The notes under the pieces were generated by a model. That model was given only the letters and a program-made list of their open reading frames with translations, did not search any database and was not told where the DNA came from. Of a stretch of 57,190 bases of DNA, positions 35,740 to 45,695 are shown piece after piece. Numbering within the stretch: the stretch's first letter is position 1; each line of letters starts with the position of its first letter. This DNA is from Deltaproteobacteria bacterium (GTDB lineage: Bacteria; Desulfobacterota; Syntrophobacteria; BM002): positions 1 to 57,190 of the forward strand of contig JARRNM010000038.1 of NCBI GenBank assembly GCA_037384945.1, read 5' to 3'. The translations under genes were made by a program, and so were the position numbers.

Positions 35740-36369
35740 TTTAGCTAAAGCGGCCTTGATCTCCCCGGCAATCTGGCGACTGAGGTCGGCTACCAGTTCG
35801 CTCATGCCCGCAACCAGGGTATCAAAACTATCGTCTGCCAAAGGCTTGTTAAAGCTCGACTGTCTCGTTACAAGCTCTTTCATCCCATTCTCCTGGAACT
35901 GTAAAATGTAATATTGCGCTAGCAGTGACGCCTCTCCACCTCGTTCGCCGTCAAAGCGAATCACCTCCACAACGACTTGATACTGCAGTGGCAAATTCTG
36001 TTTATTTCTATAGGGGAAGATAAAGATGCGATCCGTAGAAAGAAGGATAGACAGGTTCTGGGCCAAAACGGTGGTGAAGTTACTGCCTAGAGGCTCACCC
36101 CAATAATGGAAGTCGTGAAGCTTGATCTCGCTTGTGCTGGTGCGGGTCACAATCTGGGGCCTGTTCAAGTACTCTTGGACTCTTACGGGACCTACCCCGA
36201 GTACAGTTCCCTCGCCCGTTGCTGCTCCCTGTTGTTCCATGGCAGAGTTAAGGGGCTGAAGCAGGTAGTAGTCTGTGGGTTTTTGAGTGCCCCCTCCCAG
36301 GCAACCTCCCAAAAAGGCAAAGGAAATCAGCAAAAAGATTTTTGTTAGATAAGAGCGATCTAAGCGCAT
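35737..36369 (-). CDS. pqiC: PqiC-family ABC transport auxiliary lipoprotein
   Basis: Lipobox LGGC, YYLL, GPVRVQEYLNRPQIV, WGEPL. Confidence 0.85.
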   Translation of the reverse strand: MRLDRSYLTKIFLLISFAFLGGCLGGGTQKPTDYYLLQPLNSAMEQQGAATGEGTVLGVGPVRVQEYLNRPQIVTRTSTSEIKLHDFHYWGEPLGSNFTTVLAQNLSILLSTDRIFIFPYRNKQNLPLQYQVVVEVIRFDGERGGEASLLAQYYILQFQENGMKELVTRQSSFNKPLADDSFDTLVAGMSELVADLSRQIAGEIKAALAK

Positions 36370-36372
36370 CTT

Positions 36373-37374
36373 TTACCTCCCCATGGGTACTTTGCCGCGG
36401 ATTAGGGAATCCGGTTGTCTTTGCAGGTAGCCGGCAAGAGCATTGATGGATTGAGCCATGACTCGGAGTTCATTAATAGTTCTGGTGAGTTCATACATGA
36501 GAGCTGAATCAGGATTGACCACGTCACCAACCGAGGCAAGTGCTACCCCGGCCTTTTCGACGGCAGCTTGAGCGGTCTTCAACGTTTCTTGCAGGTCAGC
36601 AAGTGTGGGCTCTACCTGAGCATTCACCTTTTGCACCAGCTTCCGAGTATCCTTCATGGTCTCCTCGATGCTGGTGGTCAGGGGGCCGACCCGGCGATCC
36701 AGATTACGGGCCAGCTTACCTAAATCTTGAAGGGTTTTATTAAGAGACGTTATCGAAGCTGCCAGCTCCGGGGAAGTGGCAAGCTTTTGGATAGCCGCCA
36801 GCGTCTTCCTCGCATCTTCCACCATCTCCTTTAAGGGAAGATTTTCTAATGTCTGGGTTAGTTGCTGCATGGCGGTGGGAATTGTTGGGATTTCAGCCAC
36901 TTTCTTTATGAGACCAACGTAGTGGACCGGAGTGTCTGGATACATGCCGAGTGCCACCTCGAGCTTACCGGTAACCAGACTCTGTAGGTCCAGCTTGGCT
37001 CTTAGACCACGTTCTACCAGCAATTTGATAGCCTCCTCTGGATTAGTAGCTACTACTTTTGTTTGCTCCGCAGTGTACTCTCCTATGTCCTTAATCCTGT
37101 CTGGAAAGACTTCCACGTACACCGGTGTTTGAAAACTCAAGGTTTCCCGATCAAATACAACCTTGACATCGGTTACCGTACCGACCTGCACGCCTCTGAG
37201 GGTCACCGGCGCCCCAACACTCAATCCCTTTACTGAGCCGGGAAAGAACAGCACGTACTGGTGCTTTTCAGCAAAGAATTTTCCTGAGCCAAAAATTATT
37301 ATTCCAATGGCTGACAGAATGGCGGCTCCAACCACAAAAGCACCGATGACTTTAGGATTCGCTTTTTTTGTCAT
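36373..37374 (-). CDS. mlaD: MlaD/MCE domain protein
   Basis: N-terminal TM, GSVKGLSVGAPVTLRGVQVGTV, long helical tail ending QPDSLIRG. Confidence 0.88.
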   Translation of the reverse strand: MTKKANPKVIGAFVVGAAILSAIGIIIFGSGKFFAEKHQYVLFFPGSVKGLSVGAPVTLRGVQVGTVTDVKVVFDRETLSFQTPVYVEVFPDRIKDIGEYTAEQTKVVATNPEEAIKLLVERGLRAKLDLQSLVTGKLEVALGMYPDTPVHYVGLIKKVAEIPTIPTAMQQLTQTLENLPLKEMVEDARKTLAAIQKLATSPELAASITSLNKTLQDLGKLARNLDRRVGPLTTSIEETMKDTRKLVQKVNAQVEPTLADLQETLKTAQAAVEKAGVALASVGDVVNPDSALMYELTRTINELRVMAQSINALAGYLQRQPDSLIRGKVPMGR

Positions 37375-37427
37375 AGCTCAAGCATCCTGTGAGTTTTAGG
37401 TGTTTTATCATTGAACCGTGTGGCTTA

Positions 37428-38198
37428 CTATTTCGCCGGCTCTTTATTCTCTCCCCGGGTGAGAAACTGGTAGACCTTGGGCTCCGGTGGATGGGCAACG
37501 AGTTCTTTAGGGTCTCCACTGGCGATCATGGTTCTTGTATCTGCATCGAGAAAGACCGAGTTGTTGCCAATGGCAAAAATGGATGCCAGTTCGTGGGTCA
37601 CCACAACAATTGTTGCTCCAAGACTCTCCGACAGTTCTTTGATAAGGTCATCCAGCAACCTGGCACTGATGGGGTCCAGCCCAGCAGAGGGTTCGTCGAA
37701 AAAAAGGATATCCGGGTCCAGGGCCATAGCCCGGGCCAGGCCGGCCCGCTTTTTCATTCCACCACTAATCTCTGACGGGTAGAACTCCTCAAAACCTCCA
37801 AGGCCGACCAGAGAAAGCTTGAGTGAGACTATTTCCTTAATCTGGCTAGGGTTCAGATCGGTGTAAAGCTCAAGGGGCAGAGCGATGTTCTCCGCCAGGG
37901 TCATTGAACTCCACAAGGCGCCACTCTGGTAGAGAATACCTACGTTCTGTATAATCTTCTCTTGTTGTTCAGGGCTGGTCTCCCAAAAGCTCACGTTGTC
38001 ATAAAAAATCTGCCCTTTGGCCGGTGACTTGAGTCCCACCATAATTCTCATCAGGGTGCTTTTGCCGCAACCGCTGCCACCCATGACTATGAAAACGTCT
38101 CCCCGGTTGACAGTAAAGTTGAGATCCCGCATGAGAACAAAGTCACCATAGGCCATGGTGAGGTCACGCACCTTTATGTGAGGTTCTTTGTTTGCCAT
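37428..38198 (-). CDS. mlaF: MlaF-type ABC ATP-binding protein
   Basis: Walker A GGSGCGKST, signature ISGGMKKR, FFDEPSAGLDP, VTH. Start placed at MANKEP. Confidence 0.92.
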   Translation of the reverse strand: MANKEPHIKVRDLTMAYGDFVLMRDLNFTVNRGDVFIVMGGSGCGKSTLMRIMVGLKSPAKGQIFYDNVSFWETSPEQQEKIIQNVGILYQSGALWSSMTLAENIALPLELYTDLNPSQIKEIVSLKLSLVGLGGFEEFYPSEISGGMKKRAGLARAMALDPDILFFDEPSAGLDPISARLLDDLIKELSESLGATIVVVTHELASIFAIGNNSVFLDADTRTMIASGDPKELVAHPPEPKVYQFLTRGENKEPAK

Positions 38199-38248
38199 CG
38201 TTTTCAAAATCACTGTCGGGTCATGATAAGGTTCTTCCTCAACCCGAT

Positions 38249-39412
38249 TTACCGCTTCCTTTTCTTGGCTTCCCACCACAAAGTACACCAAGTGCCATCC
38301 AGAACTATTATCACTACTATTGAAGTAACCACCGCCGAGGTGGCCGCGTCGCCCACTGCCGAAGCACTGCGCCCGCATTCCATACCTTTGAGGCAGCCGA
38401 TTATGGCTACAACTACTCCGTAAACCGCACTCTTGAAGACCCCTATGCCGAACTGAGCAATGTTGAGTGAGGCTTTGGTCTGCCCCATGTATTGGGTAAA
38501 GCTGATATCAAACATGCCGGTGCCAACAACAAAGCCACCCAGTATGCCCACCAGGTCGGAGTAGAGGCAGAGAAGGGGCATCATTAATATGAGAGCAAGC
38601 AGGCGAGGAAGGACGAGAAATTCCATGGGGGAGATGCCCATGGTTGTCAAAGCATCAACCTCTTCGTTCACCTGCATAGTACCAATCTGGGCGGCAAAGG
38701 CAGCTCCGGTGCGACCGGCCATAATGATCGAGGTCATGACTGCCCCCATCTCCCTGGCCATGGCAATGCCTACCAGATTTGCTATATAGATCTGTGCCCC
38801 GAACAGAGCCAACTGAACCGCCCCCACAAAAGCGAGGATCAAGCCCACCAGAAAACTTATAAGGGAAACAATCGGCAAGGCATCGGCTCCACACTGTTGA
38901 ATCGTCAACCAGAGATCCGTGCGGCGAAACTTTGCCTTGCCCACCAGGAATTTGCTAAAAGTAATTGCAGCCTTACCCAAAAATGTGGTCATTGCGGTCA
39001 CCTGGCGAGCAATGTCCACACTAGCCTTGCCAACCTGGACCAAAAATGGTTCACTCAAGGCCGTTTTGCGGGCGTCTTTCTTCTCCGGCACGGCCACAGC
39101 CAGATCGAGTAAGCGCCGCACCCCTTCCGGCAACCCTGACTGGTCCACATCGATCTGACGTCGGCCGCATTGATCGAAAACCTTGAGTAAAAAGGTGATC
39201 AATGCACTGTCCCAACGTCCAAGCTCATTTGTAGCAAAGGTGATCCGCTGAACCGGCAGGCCGGAATCGACCTGTTTATTGATCTCGTCGACTGAAGAAA
39301 TGTCTCCCCCGATGGTCCAATCCCCCGTCAGACTCACCAGCAGGCTGTTGTCTGCGGGTCGGCTAAAGGCAAGTCCAGCCGACGGTGCAGGTATTCCGGT
39401 TGCAGCATCCAT
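38249..39412 (-). CDS. mlaE: MlaE-type ABC permease with N-terminal STAS-like domain
   Basis: REMGAVMTSIIMAGRTGAAFAAQIGTM, EEVDAL..MGISP, PRLLAL. The C-terminal tail is atypical. Confidence 0.88.
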   Translation of the reverse strand: MDAATGIPAPSAGLAFSRPADNSLLVSLTGDWTIGGDISSVDEINKQVDSGLPVQRITFATNELGRWDSALITFLLKVFDQCGRRQIDVDQSGLPEGVRRLLDLAVAVPEKKDARKTALSEPFLVQVGKASVDIARQVTAMTTFLGKAAITFSKFLVGKAKFRRTDLWLTIQQCGADALPIVSLISFLVGLILAFVGAVQLALFGAQIYIANLVGIAMAREMGAVMTSIIMAGRTGAAFAAQIGTMQVNEEVDALTTMGISPMEFLVLPRLLALILMMPLLCLYSDLVGILGGFVVGTGMFDISFTQYMGQTKASLNIAQFGIGVFKSAVYGVVVAIIGCLKGMECGRSASAVGDAATSAVVTSIVVIIVLDGTWCTLWWEAKKRKR

Positions 39413-39895
39413 AGTGCTCTGAGTCAGGAAAGAGTGATTATTCTAGTGGCGAGTAGGCGCCAGCAGAAAGAATAGACAGACTGTTCCACATGATCACTGC
39501 AATGTACTATATTGAATATCGACTCTTGTGAAGGGTTTTTCGTCGCAAATCCTCGATTGGTTCGTGACGAAAAAAATGTTTCCTATCATTTCCGGATTGA
39601 AACTGATTTTAGATTATATTGGTCTTTTTACACCTTGGCAAGATGATCTCGAGGATTCTCAAGGAAACAGATATAGGTTTTTCCAGAGTGGAGCAAATAG
39701 ATGAATACATAGCTGCGGAATACCCGGTCGCTAACGACATGAATGACATCTCGAGATTGACCAGGCGAGTATTCGGATGTGGAACTCTGATGCATTCTCT
39801 CCTATAATGTTTCCCGTTCGGCTAAAATTAGGTTTTATTGCTCTCAGGAACCGGGCACCCAAGAAACAGAACATTTGTATCGAGGTGATAAAGAG

Positions 39896-40160
39896 ATGAA
39901 GAAGATCATGGTCTTAATTTGTACAGTTTTCCTGTTCCTGGGCCCTCACCAGAGAGGACCTTGACGTCTTTCATCAAAGTATAGTCAATGATGATGCTGC
40001 GGTGTTTTTGAAGCTCAGACAAGAAGGTAGAGCCTGGCTGTCAAGGGCAGGAGTGGAAGTCTACATCCTCGAAACTACAGACTCCGGCGAAATCAAGATA
40101 AGAACAAAGAATGCCTCACAAGAAATCTGGACAGTGCGGGAGGCATTAGAGAAGAAGTAG
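39896..40160 (+). pseudogene. Small exported hypothetical protein, frameshifted near 39940 (absent from the ORF track)
   Basis: GAGG RBS and signal-like MKKIMVLICTVFLFL. A second frame reads ALTREDLDVFHQSIVNDDAAVFLKLRQEGRAWLSRAGVEVYILETTDSGEIKIRTKNASQEIWTVREALEKK-stop. Confidence 0.55.
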
Positions 40161-40232
40161 TCAGATGTCAGGTGTCAGGTGTCAGCAATAGAAACACAAA
40201 GGGTAGAACCTGAAACCTGAACACTGAAACCT
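40161..40232. repeat. (AGGTGTC)n/(CCTGAAA)n hairpin, same family as 4451-4534 and 48612-48697
   Basis: Shared CCTGAACACTGAAACCT arm. Confidence 0.75.
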
Positions 40233-41047
40233 TATGGTAGTCGTTTCAACCAGGAAGCGTGCTCAAACCAGCGTTCAGTCAGCTCGTCCAGCCTACCCGT
40301 CTCATCGAGCGTATCGAGAAAGTTTTCCATCCAGTTGACCAGATGGGGGTCATAAGAAGGCAGGGCAATACCTATAGGCTCATAGGTAAGGGGGGTAAAT
40401 ATAGAAAGCAGTCCCTGATTTGGATGGCGCAAGAGGGATACCACGCAGATGGGATAGTCGGCAACCATAGCGTCTACCTTGCCCTTGAGCACCAGGTCCA
40501 CGGCTTCATTGTAGTCCTTTGCCGGGATGAACTGGACCTTTGGTAATACTGCTTGAACGAAATATTGACTGGTGGAACCCTTGAGAGCGGTCAACCTGGT
40601 GTTTGGGCTGTTTACCTCAGTGGCTTCTTTGGCATTGGCTATGGTCTCGATTTTTGTAAGAAATGCTTTACCGGAAACATAGTAGGGACCGACGAAGGCA
40701 ACTTTCAGATTCCTTTTGGGGGTTATAGTCATCCCTGACATGACCAGATCCACCTTGCCTTTTTCCAGGGCTGGGAGGAGCTCGGAAAATTGCATGGTTT
40801 CAATTTTTAGTTTAACCCCCATGGCGTCGGCCATCATTCTGGCCAGGTCCACTTCGAACCCTATTACCTCACCATCCTTGGTGGTCATGTTGAGGGGGGG
40901 CATGCTGCCGGCTGTTCCCAGCACCAACTCGCCTCTCTGCAAAATACTATCAAGTGCCGGCGTTGGCGTAGGCTTGACTATTTTCTGGGTACAACCGAAC
41001 CAAAGAAAAGAAAAAATAAGGGCAAAAACTGCTATACCTCTTTTCAT
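40232..41047 (-). CDS. Polar amino-acid ABC substrate-binding lipoprotein (SBP family 3)
   Basis: Lipobox WFGC, GFEVDLA, LLPALEKGKVDLVMSGMTIT..R. No cognate permease nearby. Confidence 0.9.
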   Translation of the reverse strand: MKRGIAVFALIFSFLWFGCTQKIVKPTPTPALDSILQRGELVLGTAGSMPPLNMTTKDGEVIGFEVDLARMMADAMGVKLKIETMQFSELLPALEKGKVDLVMSGMTITPKRNLKVAFVGPYYVSGKAFLTKIETIANAKEATEVNSPNTRLTALKGSTSQYFVQAVLPKVQFIPAKDYNEAVDLVLKGKVDAMVADYPICVVSLLRHPNQGLLSIFTPLTYEPIGIALPSYDPHLVNWMENFLDTLDETGRLDELTERWFEHASWLKRLP

Positions 41048-41189
41048 GCTATTTCTCCTTTGAATTTCTCTTTCCCGAAAATGTGATTGTTAGTCTACCA
41101 AAGATTGCCCTAAGTGACACCGGCCTGTCTTGACTCGGTTGAAATTAAGACAAGTATAACCAAGAGTCAACGACCTAGAAGGAGAATTC

Positions 41190-41218
41190 TTGACAGAAAC
41201 ATTAAGTTAGGCAAGAAT
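41190..41218 (+). promoter_or_regulatory. Candidate sigma70 promoter for the MscS gene
   Basis: TTGACA-17 bp-AAGAAT. Confidence 0.4.
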
Positions 41219-41268
41219 CGACGGGCAGAATTACATAGTTTTTCCATTCGGTACCAGAGGGGTTAGAA

Positions 41269-43716
41269 ATGCGTAAACAGAAGAAATTGATTCTTTGGTC
41301 GATTCTTCTTTTCTTTGGGCTTCTTTACTGTGCCCAGGTGGGCTGGTCAGCCAACCCAATGGCAATAAAGTCGCTAAAGGGCAAGAAAAAATCTGAAACC
41401 AAAGAAGAGGTGCAACTACCAGAAGATCTCTCCGGAGACCGGATCGACGGTTTCATGGCCACCCTCAGCGACCAGCAGGCCAGACGTCTTCTCATTGAGG
41501 AACTCAAGAAAAAGGCAACTGCAGAAGCCGTAACCGCAGGGGCTGGAGAGTCCTCTGAAAGAGGGAGCTCGTTGCGACAGTTCGTCGACGAAGCCGATGC
41601 CGGAGCTTCTGCGATTTTTAAGCGAATCAGGGGAATTTTCCGTGAGTCGGCTTCGGTCGTGTCGCAATGGCGCGCTCTGATTGCTTTATTATCCGACAAA
41701 CAGGGAACCGTTTCCTTGCTCATCACCTTGGTAGGGCTGATTGGACTGATTGGGGCAGGCCTATTAGGGGAGTCGCTGCTTTTGCGTCTCACCGAAAATT
41801 TTCGCGATCAGTTACTCTCCTCCGTTCCTCTAGGGAGCCTGGAGAAATTAGGCCGCATACTTTTGCGGCTGCTCCTCACTGCTTTGGGAGTGGCAGCTTA
41901 CATTCTGTTCACCCTCGTTCTCTTTGTTGTTTTCTATGATAAAGGAAACGCCTCATACGTCATTGTTGGTACCTACTTGATCGTTAGCTACTATTTACTG
42001 GCCATCATCTTCCTTGCCAGAGTCGTGCTCTCACCCGGAGCCCCGGCCTTACGGTTGGTGCCCATGGCGGATGAAGATGCAACCTTCCTCTACCGTTGGT
42101 TTCTCCGAATTACGATTGTGGCGGCGGTCATTGCAGGAGCGAGTGGGATTGTCCGCAATATTGTTATGAGCGAAGAGCTCTACCTGTTATTGTACAGTGC
42201 GTCTGGTCTCAGCGTTATTTTATTAATCGTCGTAATGATCTGGCAAAGCCGACAGAGAGTGGCGCAAGCTATCTGCCGCGATGCTGCCGAAGGGACCTGT
42301 GATTACTCCCCACTCCGGGCCGGATTGGCCAAGAGTTGGCATATCCTGGCGATTCTCTATGTAATTATTATGGGAGTGTTCTGGCAAATCAGCGCCCTGA
42401 TCGAGGGAAAGGGAACCGTCTTGAAACTCATTTCCAGCCTTTTCCTCATCCCTCTATTCATCGGAATTGATCAATGGGGAGAACGGATGTTGAAGGTCGC
42501 CTCCGGTGAGCTGCCCGAAACCTTTGACCTGAGCGGAGACGAAAAGGTTGAACCTGGGGCTGATCCGGAGGCACCTGGCGAACTCCCTACCGGCTATGAA
42601 CCCCCATGGGATGAGAAAGGGGTTACGAGGAGTTATATCCCCTTGGTCAAACGAATATTCCGTATTGTGCTGGTGTTGGCCCTGCTCTTCCTTTTTCTCA
42701 GATTATGGGAAATTGACCTCTCGGTCACCAAGATTTTCTCCTCCACTCTGCTCAGTATCATCGTTGCGGTATTGCTTGGACTTTTCGTCTGGGAGTATAC
42801 GAAAACGTTGATTGACAAAAAACTCGAGGAAGAATTCTCCGGAGATGGCGAAGAGCTTGAGGAGGGTGGCGGCGCCGGCGGCACCCGGAAGGGCACCTTG
42901 CTAATGCTTCTAAGAAAATTTGTCCTTACCGTCCTGGTGGTAATAGTAATGATGATTGTATTGGCGCAAATAGGTGTAAACATCGGGCCGATGATTGCCG
43001 GCGCCGGTATCGCTGGGCTGGCCATCGGCTTTGGTGCCCAGACCCTGGTGAAGGATATCATTTCGGGGGTGTTCTTCCTCGTTGACGATGCCTTCCGCGT
43101 AGGTGACTTTGTGGAAACCGCCGGCGCTAAGGGTTCAGTTGAAAAAATCTCTTTGCGCTCCATGAGACTGCGCAACGCTCGCGGTCCGATAATCACAATT
43201 CCATTTGGTGATATGAAGACAGTTACAAACTTCAGCCGTGACTACCAAATCATGAAGCTCGATATCCGGGTTCGTTACGACACCAACATCAAAAAAGTAA
43301 AAAAGATCATCAAAAAAATTAACCAGAAAATTCAGGAGGATCCGGAGCTCGGGCCAACTTTACTGGACAGTATCAAGTCCCAGGGTGTGAAGGCAATGGA
43401 TGATTCCGCCATGATAATGCGGGTGAAATTCAAGACGGTTCCCGGCAAACAGTTCGCTATCCGGCGAGTGGTATTCCAACGAATTCAAGAGGCCTTTCGT
43501 AAAGAGGGCATCCAGTTCGCCCACCGAAATGTCACCGTGTATCTCCCGCCGGAGGAAACTGCGGGAGAGTCCAAAGAGGAGAAGGAAAGCAAGGACGAGA
43601 CTCTTCCTCCCCCCACCGACGAGGGAAAGCTCCAGGCAGCTGCGGCCGCAGCCCTTGCTATTGCCCAGGAGGAAGATGAAGCCGAGGAAGGTGGGAAAGA
43701 GAAGGATGACCGCTAG
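41269..43716 (+). CDS. Large MscS-family mechanosensitive channel (YbiO-like)
   Basis: AGAGIAGLAIGFGAQTLVKD, DAFRVGDFV, VEKISLRS, PFG. Many N-terminal TM helices. Confidence 0.92.
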   Translation: MRKQKKLILWSILLFFGLLYCAQVGWSANPMAIKSLKGKKKSETKEEVQLPEDLSGDRIDGFMATLSDQQARRLLIEELKKKATAEAVTAGAGESSERGSSLRQFVDEADAGASAIFKRIRGIFRESASVVSQWRALIALLSDKQGTVSLLITLVGLIGLIGAGLLGESLLLRLTENFRDQLLSSVPLGSLEKLGRILLRLLLTALGVAAYILFTLVLFVVFYDKGNASYVIVGTYLIVSYYLLAIIFLARVVLSPGAPALRLVPMADEDATFLYRWFLRITIVAAVIAGASGIVRNIVMSEELYLLLYSASGLSVILLIVVMIWQSRQRVAQAICRDAAEGTCDYSPLRAGLAKSWHILAILYVIIMGVFWQISALIEGKGTVLKLISSLFLIPLFIGIDQWGERMLKVASGELPETFDLSGDEKVEPGADPEAPGELPTGYEPPWDEKGVTRSYIPLVKRIFRIVLVLALLFLFLRLWEIDLSVTKIFSSTLLSIIVAVLLGLFVWEYTKTLIDKKLEEEFSGDGEELEEGGGAGGTRKGTLLMLLRKFVLTVLVVIVMMIVLAQIGVNIGPMIAGAGIAGLAIGFGAQTLVKDIISGVFFLVDDAFRVGDFVETAGAKGSVEKISLRSMRLRNARGPIITIPFGDMKTVTNFSRDYQIMKLDIRVRYDTNIKKVKKIIKKINQKIQEDPELGPTLLDSIKSQGVKAMDDSAMIMRVKFKTVPGKQFAIRRVVFQRIQEAFRKEGIQFAHRNVTVYLPPEETAGESKEEKESKDETLPPPTDEGKLQAAAAAALAIAQEEDEAEEGGKEKDDR

Positions 43717-44032
43717 GTGGATTTGACATTGCGGATTGCGGATTTGGGTAAGCATAGGGCACTTTTCAGCTTGCAGCGGGCAGCAGGCAGCTTGCAGTCA
43801 TTAAACTAGGCACTAAGCACTAAACACTAGACACCGCAAAGAAGCAGTCAGTAGCGAGTAGTTTAGAAGAACCCGATTTTCATTGCCTTTCTCCTGAATT
43901 CTGGCTTCTGAATTCTGGCTCCTTACTCTATGCTCCATGCCCTATGCCCCATGCTCAGTTCTACTGGCTACTGTATTTTTTGATTGCAGATTGTAGGTTT
44001 AAGGTTGGGCATTTCGAACCTGAGCGTGAGGA

Positions 44033-45265
44033 CTAAGTGCTGGTCCGGTTGCGTCCGGCTTTTTTTGCTCGATACAAGGCTTTGTCTGCTGCCTGGATTA
44101 CCTGCTGTGGATTGGCGTATTTCTCGTTGCGCTCCGCCACGCCAATACTTATGGTTATCTTCATCTTTTTGCGCGAACCCTTGATCTTCTTGGGATCCTC
44201 AGGTTTGCTGGGGGGACGGCTGCGCCCCCTGATGATGAAGCGTGTTTGCTCCACCGCCTTCCTCACACCCTCGAGATGAAGCGTTGACTCAGCAGCAGAC
44301 TTTCCCGGAAAAAGAATGGTAAACTCCTCACCGCCGTAGCGAAAGGATTTTCCTCCACCGCCAACCTGATTGAGTTTCGAGGCCACCATGCGCAGAACCT
44401 GGTCTCCGACCTTGTGACCATGTTTGTCGTTGAACTTCTTGAAATGATCGATATCAACCATGGCCACCGTGTAATTGCCGCCCAGCTTGAGAAAGGTCTC
44501 ATCCAAAGCCCTCCTCCCAGGAATGCCAGTCAATTCATCTTTAAATGCCATGCTATGGGAGGTTTCAATAACTGAAACTACTAGGACAAGCCCCGAGGTA
44601 GCCAGATAAATTGTCGAGATTGGACCAACCTTACCCACGGCGAAAGCCAAAAAGACAGAAAGGAGGGCCCAAAAGAAGCCGTTTTCAATTACCGACTCGT
44701 GTCGAATAAAGCCAAGGGTAAGGAATAGAAATGCTACGGCAAAGGAGAAAAGACAAGGCAGCGAAAGGGGTAGCCGTGAGAGCAAATGCCCATCAGCCAG
44801 TGAATAGTTGAAGAAAGCGGCAAGGCCCCACTTCTGATATCTACATATGAGAAATACGCCGAGAACCTGTAGTAAGATGACACTCAGTCGAACTATGCCG
44901 TGGCAGGTTAAGATCCCCCTTTCTTTCATCCGAGAGATAAGGACCAGATTCAGGGGCAAGAGAAAACCAACTGTATTATAGACGGTACGGCCGATACCTG
45001 TAGAGGCAGCACTGGCGCCAGAGGAAAACAGAAGTAATCCCCTGTCTGCCAGAGCCAGTAATAAAATGGCGAAAATCAAGCGACTGCGATTGAAGCGCCA
45101 GCCAAGCAATACTCCGGCTACAGCGACCAAATATGGATAAATATGCACCAGGGCAGAGAGGGATTTATCCGAAATACCAAGGCAAAGAAACACGGCCGTA
45201 ATAAAAACCACAAGTCCACCTGGCAAGAAAAGGGAAAAGAGTGTTCTCACAACCACTGAATTCAA
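44033..45265 (-). CDS. Membrane-bound diguanylate cyclase (GGDEF)
   Basis: DELTGIPGRR, DIDHFKKFNDKHGHKVGD, RYGGEEF, TISIG, ADKALYRAK. No RxxD I-site. TTG start follows AAGGAG. Confidence 0.9.
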   Translation of the reverse strand: MNSVVVRTLFSLFLPGGLVVFITAVFLCLGISDKSLSALVHIYPYLVAVAGVLLGWRFNRSRLIFAILLLALADRGLLLFSSGASAASTGIGRTVYNTVGFLLPLNLVLISRMKERGILTCHGIVRLSVILLQVLGVFLICRYQKWGLAAFFNYSLADGHLLSRLPLSLPCLFSFAVAFLFLTLGFIRHESVIENGFFWALLSVFLAFAVGKVGPISTIYLATSGLVLVVSVIETSHSMAFKDELTGIPGRRALDETFLKLGGNYTVAMVDIDHFKKFNDKHGHKVGDQVLRMVASKLNQVGGGGKSFRYGGEEFTILFPGKSAAESTLHLEGVRKAVEQTRFIIRGRSRPPSKPEDPKKIKGSRKKMKITISIGVAERNEKYANPQQVIQAADKALYRAKKAGRNRTST

Positions 45266-45385
45266 TTGGTTAAACTCCTTTCGTCGGCCAAGTGGGCACC
45301 CCCTCGTCAAAGAGATTTTGGGAAATTTTCAGAGCCGGTACTGGTCCAGGGAAATGCAATCAACGTGCCGAAGGCATGGGGTACT

Positions 45386-45695
45386 TTTCAGCTGGCAGGA
45401 AGCAGCTGGCAACTGGCAGAAATCAGAGGTCAGAAGGCGGAGGACAGACGACAAATGACAGACGACAGCAAGTTAAATCCTTCTGAATGACTCCCATGAC
45501 GAATTAACCATTTGACTAATTCTCTAATTGACTAATTGAGCAAAGGAACTGATTGACAGGTAGATCCGTGGGCAGATAGTTTTGGGGGAGTCATTCAGAA
45601 GGATTTAACTTGCTGTCGTCTGTCATTTGTCGTCTGTCCTCCGCCTTCTGACCTCTGATTTCTGCCAGTTGCCAGCTGCTTCCTGCCAGCTGAAA
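45386..45695. repeat. Perfect 110-bp inverted repeat with a 90-bp spacer
   Basis: 45386-45495 is the exact reverse complement of 45586-45695. The arms are made of 7-nt units. Confidence 0.9.

Noticed and set aside
39535-39575. Riboswitch at the TTTTTCGTC..GACGAAAAA hairpin
   Set aside because: No conserved aptamer core could be matched. It is a simple hairpin or operator at best.
39619-39807. 62-aa ORF
   Set aside because: TTG start with no RBS or motif. It may be a remnant but cannot be supported.
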